A stretch of 35,263 bases of DNA from Mariprofundaceae bacterium (lineage in GTDB: Bacteria > Pseudomonadota > Zetaproteobacteria > Mariprofundales > Mariprofundaceae), in assembly GCA_027035825.1 (NCBI GenBank), contig JALVTX010000144.1, positions 1 to 35,263 on the forward strand, read 5' to 3'. Below, piece after piece: positions 18,301-26,013 of this stretch; positions within the stretch are counted from its first letter, which is position 1; the number at the start of each line of letters is the position of its first letter. The position numbers were made by a program, and so were the translations under genes. Below the pieces are notes generated by a model, which did not search any database, was not told the origin of the DNA, and saw only the letters and a program-made list of their open reading frames with translations.

Positions 18301-18830
18301 AGGATGTGATTGCATCAACCCTGTTCCACCTCTATGACAGCCCGTATGCTGATGTCGCGGTTACATTGCCGCGCGCGCCTCTTGACCTGATCCTGGGGGC
18401 GAGGCAAGAAGCGCCGGGCGCTCAGAGCGCAACGCCGGCGAGCGACAGGCGGGACATGGTTGGCGAAAGCAGTTATCTCGGCATGGGCGGAGACTCGTTC
18501 ATCAAGCGGGAACCAACCGCCGGCAAAGCGGCGGATCGGGGATTGGAGGTGGAAAAGTTCGCCATGATGGCTCAATCTGCGCATGGCGGGGGGCGGATGC
18601 TCGCGGCAAACCCGCATGCGTCCGGAGCGAGCGAAACAGTTTCGGCGCCACATGTTCGGCAGGCCGAGGGCGATGCCGCCGGTCATGCGTGGCCGGGCAT
18701 GTTGCTGGCCGCATGCGCTGGCTGGAAGACTGTCCGACGGGGGCGTGCGCGAAACCGGACTGTTCGGGTGAATTTCGCGGGCGGAAAGAAGGCCGGCAGA
18801 CCCTCGGCGAGAGTGAACTGGGGCTCTTGA
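6348..18830 (+). CDS. Giant (4160 aa) DUF4347-domain / RTX-repeat secreted repeat protein (putative T1SS-type adhesin)
   Basis: Single uninterrupted 12.5-kb ORF. N-terminus ...[14 protein letters not shown] is followed by a DUF4347-like domain. A ~2400-aa Ala/Gly/Thr/Ser/Asn/Val-rich, almost Cys-free region contains divergent modules. A hemolysin-type GGxGxD nonapeptide block and tandem beta-helix-like modules follow, then more degenerate GGxGxD repeats near the C-terminus. Confidence 0.93.
   Translation: [4160 protein letters not shown]
6621..7082 (+). other. DUF4347-like N-terminal domain of the giant protein (aa ~92-245)
   Basis: [20 protein letters not shown]...[48 protein letters not shown]...[40 protein letters not shown]...GDWNLEY. 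This is the pattern I associate with DUF4347 at the N-terminus of very large repeat proteins. Recognition is from memory, not from a search. Confidence 0.7.
14474..14835 (+). repeat. Hemolysin-type Ca-binding (RTX) nonapeptide repeat block
   Basis: [85 protein letters not shown], i.e. consecutive GGxGxDxL/I/x units. Confidence 0.9.
15732..16709 (+). repeat. Two divergent tandem 489-bp (163-aa) modules inside the giant gene
   Basis: Anchor strings recur at a 489-nt offset: accgtgcag at 15732 and 16221; ttgacaacat at 16021 and 16510. Protein level: [19 protein letters not shown]...[65 protein letters not shown] versus [19 protein letters not shown]...[65 protein letters not shown]. A more degenerate copy lies upstream (~15540-15731). 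Confidence 0.75.
16263..17758 (+). repeat. 100%-identical direct duplication: 807-bp unit (16263-17069) followed by a 681-bp copy (17070-17750) lacking 126 bp
   Basis: Compared line by line: 16442-17077 equals 17123-17758 (636 bp, offset 681, no mismatch seen), and 16263-16318 equals 17070-17125 (56 bp, offset 807). The second copy lacks 42 codons ([42 protein letters not shown]) between two DGGAG motifs. The identical antisense ORFs in the track (16553-16825 and 17234-17506) reflect the same repeat. Confidence 0.95.
17951..18250 (+). repeat. Degenerate C-terminal GGxGxD-like repeats of the giant protein
   Basis: [44 protein letters not shown] ... [40 protein letters not shown]. Confidence 0.7.
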
Positions 18831-18870
18831 GCCCGGTCAATACGCGAAGCGATTAAAAAGGAGATGTGAT

Positions 18871-19212
18871 ATGACAAAGCAGACGGCTGACAGCCAGACG
18901 GAGGCACAAGGTCAAACCGAGCCCAAGGTGATTTGGGATGACTCGGAGATGGTGAGCAGCTATGCCAATGTGGTGAACGCGACCAGCACGCGCGAGGAGT
19001 TCATGGTGTTTTTCGGCGTCAACCAGACTTGGAATCCAGCGCAGGCGGAGGTCGCGATCAAGCTGACCAATCGCATCGTGATGAGCCCCTTTGCCGCCAA
19101 GCGACTGAGCTTGATTCTGGCCAACGTTTTGCGCGAATACGAGGCCAATTTCGGCACGATCCCGCTGGATTTGCAGACCGTCCAGGAAACGGGGCGCGAG
19201 CAGCCGAACTGA
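18871..19212 (+). CDS. Small cytoplasmic protein, DUF3467-like (113 aa)
   Basis: ATG at 18871 is preceded by AAGGAG (18858-18863) with a 7-nt spacer, the best SD in the block. No signal peptide. The core YANVVNATSTREEFMVFFGVNQ...IKLTNRIVMSPFAAKRLSLILANVLREYEANFG resembles the DUF3467 pattern (Y.N...I.....EF.LDFG...V.RIVM.P..AK.L...L...I..YE..FG) as I remember it. Confidence 0.6.
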   Translation: MTKQTADSQTEAQGQTEPKVIWDDSEMVSSYANVVNATSTREEFMVFFGVNQTWNPAQAEVAIKLTNRIVMSPFAAKRLSLILANVLREYEANFGTIPLDLQTVQETGREQPN

Positions 19213-19235
19213 CGCGACCGGCGGGGTGACGCTGT

Positions 19236-21059
19236 GTGATGAAGGTTGAGGAAGGACGGGAGTCCTTCGAATTTCTGGATGCGGATGAGTGGCGGTCGCT
19301 CGCGGCCGCCGTTCCCGTGGGAGATTTCGCTTATTCTTGGTTGAATATCCTTTGCAGGATGCTTCCCCACGCACGAACCGGCGTGGTGGTGGTGCTGACG
19401 GATGGAGAATTCTCCGTTCTCGCGCAATGGCCGGAGCAAGGCGCGGATGTCCCCCGCGCGCTTCGGGATGTCGTGGAGGCGGCGCTCGATGAGAGAACCG
19501 CCACCATCCTTCGAGAGGCAAACGCCTCAACAACCGCCATGGCTTATCCGATCTTTTCCGCGGACGAGATCCATGCCGTGGCGGGGCTGCTGATGGCGGA
19601 CGCCTCGCCGGTGCAGATTCAGAGCGCGATGCGCCTCATGCAATGGGGCGGAGGGTGGTTGCAGTCCCGCGGCGCACGCGAAGCCGGGATGGAGACGGAT
19701 GAACGGGCGTTGTCCATTCTGTCCGCCGTGCTGGAGAGGCAATCCTTTTGGGAAGCCGTTCATGCGCTGGTGACGGAACTTGCGCTTGCCTGGTCATGCG
19801 AGCGCGTTTGCTTTGGGCGCTTGCGCAAGAACGGCGAGGCCAGACTGGAAGCGACGTCATTCCAGTCCGATTTCGATCGGAGGACGCGCCACACTCGCGA
19901 GATCGAAACGGTGATGGATGAGGTGCTTGCCGAAGGCGAGGCCATCCGATGGCCCGAGGACGATGCGGATGAATTGCTCATTGCCCATCGGCAATACGCC
20001 AAATCGCGCGGAGCTGTCTTTCTGCTGGGTTTCCCCGTGTTCGTGAATCAACGCCCGTGGGGCGTGTTGCTCCTGGAGAGGGATGATCGGCCGTTCTCGG
20101 AACGTGAGAAGAACGCGATAGCCGTTGTCTGCGACCTGGTCGGACCGTGGCTGAAGCTGACGGCCGAGGCGGGGCAATCGTTGCCATCGGTCGCCCTTCA
20201 GCGGTTCCGGCGGCAGTGGAGCAGGTTGTTCGGCTCCGGTTATTGGCTGCGCAAGGCGTTGGTCGCGGGGCTGAGCGTCGCGCTGCTGGCGCTTGCGGCG
20301 GTTCCGGGCGAATTCCGAATTGGCGGCGAGGCCACGCTGGAGGGGCTCTCGCAGCGTATCGTCGCCGCGCCATTCGATGGCTATGTTGACAAGGCATTTG
20401 TCCGGGCCGGAGATCGGGTGAAAAAGGGGCAGGCGCTTTGCCGCATGGATGAGCGGGATTTGCGCCTGGAGGAGAGCAAGTGGCTTTCCAAGCTGGCCGA
20501 GGCGAGAGACGCGTACCGGAAGGCATTGGCGGATCGGGACAAGGTGAAGATCCGCGTGGGTCAGGCGCGGGTTCGGCAAGCCGAGGCGGAGCTGGCGCTC
20601 GTGCGGAGGAAATTGTCTCGCATGGTGCTTCGGGCGCCCTTCGACGGTCTGGTGGTGAAAGGCGACTTGAGCCAGGCGCTGGGCAGCCCGAAACGCAAGG
20701 GGGAGGAGCTTTTCACGATTGCCCCGGTCAACCAGTACAGGGTGGCCGTGTTTATCCCGGAATACGATGTGGCGAACGCCGCCATTGGGCAGGCGGGAGA
20801 ATTGAGGCTGGCCGCCATGCCCTCGCGCCCCTTGCGGGTGCGACTGGCCCGGTTGACGTCCGTGGCGGAGGTTAAGGACGGAATCAACACATTCCGGGCG
20901 GAAGCGATGCTTGTTCAAGGAACGAATCACGCGCATGCGCTGAGGCCAGGTCTGAAAGGCGTATGCAAGTTCATTGTGGATCGCCGCGCCATCGGATGGA
21001 TATGGTTCCATCATTTGTGGCAATGGCTGCGGTTGAAGTTCTGGGAGTGGACGCCCTGA
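19236..21059 (+). CDS. GAF-like (x2) cytoplasmic sensor, single TM helix, periplasmic HlyD/membrane-fusion adaptor
   Basis: 607 aa. The N-terminal ~320 aa has no TM helix and contains two GAF-like units (...GVVVVLTDGEFSVLAQWPEQ...AMAYPIFSADEIHAVAGLLM; ...CERVCFGRLRKNGEARLEATS...GFPVFVNQRPWGVLLLERDDRPFSEREKNAIAVVCDLV). TM helix LRKALVAGLSVALLALAAV. MFP hallmarks follow: biotinyl-lipoyl-like hairpin (IVAAPFDGYVDKAFVRAGDRVKKGQALCRMD...VLRAPFDGLVV) flanking a coiled coil, then a beta-barrel region. Starts at GTG 19236 or ATG 19239. Confidence 0.8.
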   Translation: MMKVEEGRESFEFLDADEWRSLAAAVPVGDFAYSWLNILCRMLPHARTGVVVVLTDGEFSVLAQWPEQGADVPRALRDVVEAALDERTATILREANASTTAMAYPIFSADEIHAVAGLLMADASPVQIQSAMRLMQWGGGWLQSRGAREAGMETDERALSILSAVLERQSFWEAVHALVTELALAWSCERVCFGRLRKNGEARLEATSFQSDFDRRTRHTREIETVMDEVLAEGEAIRWPEDDADELLIAHRQYAKSRGAVFLLGFPVFVNQRPWGVLLLERDDRPFSEREKNAIAVVCDLVGPWLKLTAEAGQSLPSVALQRFRRQWSRLFGSGYWLRKALVAGLSVALLALAAVPGEFRIGGEATLEGLSQRIVAAPFDGYVDKAFVRAGDRVKKGQALCRMDERDLRLEESKWLSKLAEARDAYRKALADRDKVKIRVGQARVRQAEAELALVRRKLSRMVLRAPFDGLVVKGDLSQALGSPKRKGEELFTIAPVNQYRVAVFIPEYDVANAAIGQAGELRLAAMPSRPLRVRLARLTSVAEVKDGINTFRAEAMLVQGTNHAHALRPGLKGVCKFIVDRRAIGWIWFHHLWQWLRLKFWEWTP

Positions 21060-21068
21060 CGAGGGAGC

Positions 21069-23217
21069 ATGGTGGAACGAACCTACAGTGAACAATGGCA
21101 TCGGGTGGAGCAGCTCAGGCCCCGGCTGGCCCCGCATGTTCATGTTGGAAGACAGCGGTTGCGAGGTCGGGAGTGGTTTGTCCTTCATGACGAGACGACG
21201 GGCAAATCCTTTCGCATGTCGCCGGAGGCATTTGAGGTGGTTCGTCGTTTCAACGGTCGCCGGAGCCTGGCCGACATTTGGGAGGGATTGCGATCGCCGG
21301 ACAATTCCGAGGACAGCGTAACATCCCAAGACGAGGTCATCCGCCTGCTGGGCCAGCTGCACAAGGCCGACATGCTGATCGTGGATGCCGCCGGCAATAT
21401 CACGGAACGCGTCCATCGGCGCCGGAAGCGAAAGCGGGACAAATGGGTTTCGCAACTGGCCAATCCGCTCGCCCTGCGGATTCCGCTTTTCGACCCTGAC
21501 CGGCTGTTGGGGCGCTTGATGTCCTTCTCCAGGCCATTGCTGGGCTGGGCGGGTCTTGCGGCATGGTGCGTCGCCATGGCGTGGCTCATTGTCATGGCCG
21601 GGGTGCATTGGGATGAATTGACCAGGAATATTGGCGATCGAATCCTTTCGGGCCAGAACATCATGCTGATGGCGGTTTGTTATCCACTCCTCAAGCTGGT
21701 TCATGAATTGGGACATGGCCTTTTGGTGAAGAAATGTGGGGGAGAGGTGCATGTGCTTGGCGTCATGCTGCTGGTCATGATGCCCGTTCCATATGTGGAT
21801 GCGTCGGCCGCTTCCGCCTTTCGTCTTGCCCGGCAGCGGGCGCTCGTGGGGTTGGCCGGCGTGATGGCGGAAACATGGATTGCGGCGGGCGCCATGTGGG
21901 TGTGGCTTCATGTGTCCGGCGGCGTCGTGCATGCGGCCGCCTACACCATCATGCTGTTGGTTCTGGTTTCCTCCTTGCTGTTCAACCTGAATCCCTTGCT
22001 TCGGTTTGATGCCTACTATGTCGTGAGCGATCTGCTTGGCATGCCGAACCTGGCGCAAAGGGCGAATGCCTATGCGGGATACCTGATGCGCCGCTATTTG
22101 TTCGGCGTTCGAAGCGCGCGAACTCCGGCCACGGGGCCGGGGGAGGAGGCATGGCTTCTGCTCTATGCGGTCGCATCGTTCGCATACCGCGTTTTTCTCT
22201 GCGGAGCGCTGACATATCTTCTTGCCGGGAAATATTTCGTGTTCGGCCTTGTATTGGCGGCATGGCTCGTGGTTGTCATGTTTCTGTTCCCCCTTGCGCG
22301 GTCTCTGAGGAATCTCTGGCTTGATCCGGAGATGCAGAAAAGGCGGGGAAAGGCGTTATCCATGCTGGGCGGCGGGGCTCTGGCCGGGTTTGTCGTTTTT
22401 TTCTGGATACCGTTTCCTCATTGGATGGTCGCGCAGGGCGTGATCTGGCCGCCCGAGGGCAGCAGATTGGTGGCGGGGGCCTCCGGCTTTGTCCGGGCAT
22501 TGCACGTCAAGGACGGGGAACATGTCCAAAGAGGCCAGTCCATTCTGGATATGGTCGCTCCCGAATTGAGGGCGCGTCAACGCATTCTGAAAGCGCAGCT
22601 TGAGGCGATGGCCGTTGAGCATAGGGACTCCATGCTGGGTGACAGGCTTGTCCACGCAAAGACCGCCCAGGAAATTAATCACTTGCGGGATCGCTTGCGC
22701 GATATCAATGACAGGATCTCCGCCTTGACGATTCTCAGCCGTCAATCAGGGGTGATGTATTTCAGGCTGCCATGGCGAGATTTGCCGGGACGTTATCTGC
22801 CCAAGGGAGCGTTGATTGGTCATGTGCTGGGCGCGGACGAGGCGCCGTTGGTTCGGGTGCTTGTTTCGCATGATCGAATCGAGGACTTTCTTGTCGGACT
22901 GAAAGGGGTGGAAGTGAGGCTTCCCCACGCCGAGGCGACATATCCGGCGCGCCTGATTCGCCTTCATCCCGAGGCATTGCGCGAAATTCCATCGCTTGCC
23001 TTGACCAGGGAAGGAGGCGGGGAAATCGATGCCGATATGCGCGACAAGACGCGTCCCGTCGCGGTGGAGCCCCTGTTTCAGCTGGACGTGAGCTACCCCG
23101 AGGCCGCCGGGTTTGCGCGCATCGGCGAGCGGGCGTACGTCAAGTTCCGGTTTGTTGACGCTCCGCTCGGGCAACGACTCCTGAAGTGGGTGCGAAGGAC
23201 GTTCCTGGGGCGTTCGC

Positions 23218-23225
<8 letters not shown>
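21069..23225 (+). CDS. Fusion protein: cytoplasmic N-domain, ~9-TM M50 (site-2-protease-type) zinc metalloprotease, periplasmic HlyD/MFP adaptor
   Basis: 718 aa, ATG preceded by GAGGGAG. HExxH inside a TM helix (LKLVHELGHGLLVKK; HELGH at nt 21702-21716). Second M50 motif with the third Zn ligand (FNLNPLLRFDAYYVVSDLLG, nt 21990-22016). I count about nine hydrophobic helices. The C-terminal part has MFP hallmarks (VAGASGFVRALHVKDGEHVQRGQSILDM, coiled coil ...RARQRILKAQLEAMAVE...DRLRDINDRISAL, then ILSRQSGVMYF). Confidence 0.82.
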
Positions 23226-25172
<1,947 letters not shown>

Positions 25173-25176
<4 letters not shown>

Positions 25177-25943
25177 AGGGGTGGCGACGCGGATGCGCGC
25201 TGTTGGGCATTCTTCTCGCGCAAGGATCTACGGCGATAGGGAAGGAGTATGACTGTGTCATAGCCCCTCACCGAATCGTCAAGGTCAGCGCGGCGGCACC
25301 AGGGGTGATTCGCAAGGTGAACGTGGAACGCGGCGATCGTGTCCGCAAGGGGAGCGTGCTGTTTCAACTCGACGCAAGGGTGCGCGAGGCGGAAACGGCG
25401 CTGGCCAAGGTGAAAATGGAGTACGCCCAACGCGAGGTCAGACGCAATCTGGGAATGCGGAAGGAAGACCTCATTTCCGAAAGCAAGATGGATGAATTGA
25501 GGAATCGCCTGGCCCTGGCCAAGGCCGAACTCCGGGTGGCCCAGGCCAGGCTCGCGCAATACACCGTTCGCAGTCCCATCGACGGGGTGGTGCTCGAGCA
25601 ACATCATTTTGCAGGCGAGTTCGTCCGCGAGGACTATGTGCTCAAATTGGCGCAAACCAATCCCTTGAACGTGGAAACCGTTTTGCCGGCTGCGGTCGCG
25701 CTGGGATTGCGTCCCGGGGAGCGAGTCCCGGTATTGCTGGGGCCTCGCGGGGAGGAACGCGCCGGAGAGGTGCGCATCGTTGAGCCTGTCATTGATTCCG
25801 CCAGCGGCACGGTTGGAGTCCAGCTTCGTCTGGAGAACGCGCAAGGCGCGGTGCGAGCAGGCGCGGCGTGTCGCATTCGACTTGATGACGGCGGAAAACA
25901 TGAGAGCGGTTTGGTTCAAGATGGGGCGGGCGTCAGCCAATGA
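25173..25943 (+). CDS. Small HlyD/membrane-fusion-family periplasmic adaptor (256 aa)
   Basis: I take the start as ATG 25173 (MKGWRRGCALLGILLAQGSTAIG..., signal or anchor). It is preceded by GGAGGAAG (25161-25168) and overlaps the SecA-like stop (ATGA). MFP hairpin: VSAAAPGVIRKVNVERGDRVRKGSVLFQLD...coiled coil...TVRSPIDGVVLE, then a beta-barrel-like region (AGEVRIVEPVIDSASGTVGVQLRLEN). The track ORF begins earlier (25107), inside the SecA-like gene. Confidence 0.8.
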
Positions 25944-25952
25944 AACTTCGCC

Positions 25953-25981
25953 TTGCCCGGCGGGGGTCGCGCGTCTATAGT
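25953..25981 (+). promoter_or_regulatory. Candidate sigma70 promoter of the rpsP operon
   Basis: TTGCCC (25953-25958), 17-bp spacer, TATAGT (25976-25981), about 33 nt upstream of the rpsP ATG. Pattern match only. Confidence 0.4.
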
Positions 25982-26013
25982 GCGCCGCCTGATTTTCTGG
26001 AGGTGTTGATTTT

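Noticed and set aside
18690-18758. C-terminal hydrophobic stretch plus basic cluster ([23 protein letters not shown]) in the giant protein as a PEP-CTERM, GlyGly-CTERM or sortase-type sorting tag
   Set aside because: The hydrophobic run is only ~10 residues and has no PEP, LPXTG or GG motif in front. About 24 further residues follow the basic cluster, so it is not at the extreme C-terminus. No exosortase or rhombosortase gene is in the window. Insufficient support.
19857-22058. 733-aa minus-strand ORF across the GAF-HlyD and M50-HlyD genes
   Set aside because: It spans two sense-strand genes that carry catalytic and structural motifs. Its own translation is Pro/Arg/His/Gln-rich with no motif. 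Shadow ORF.
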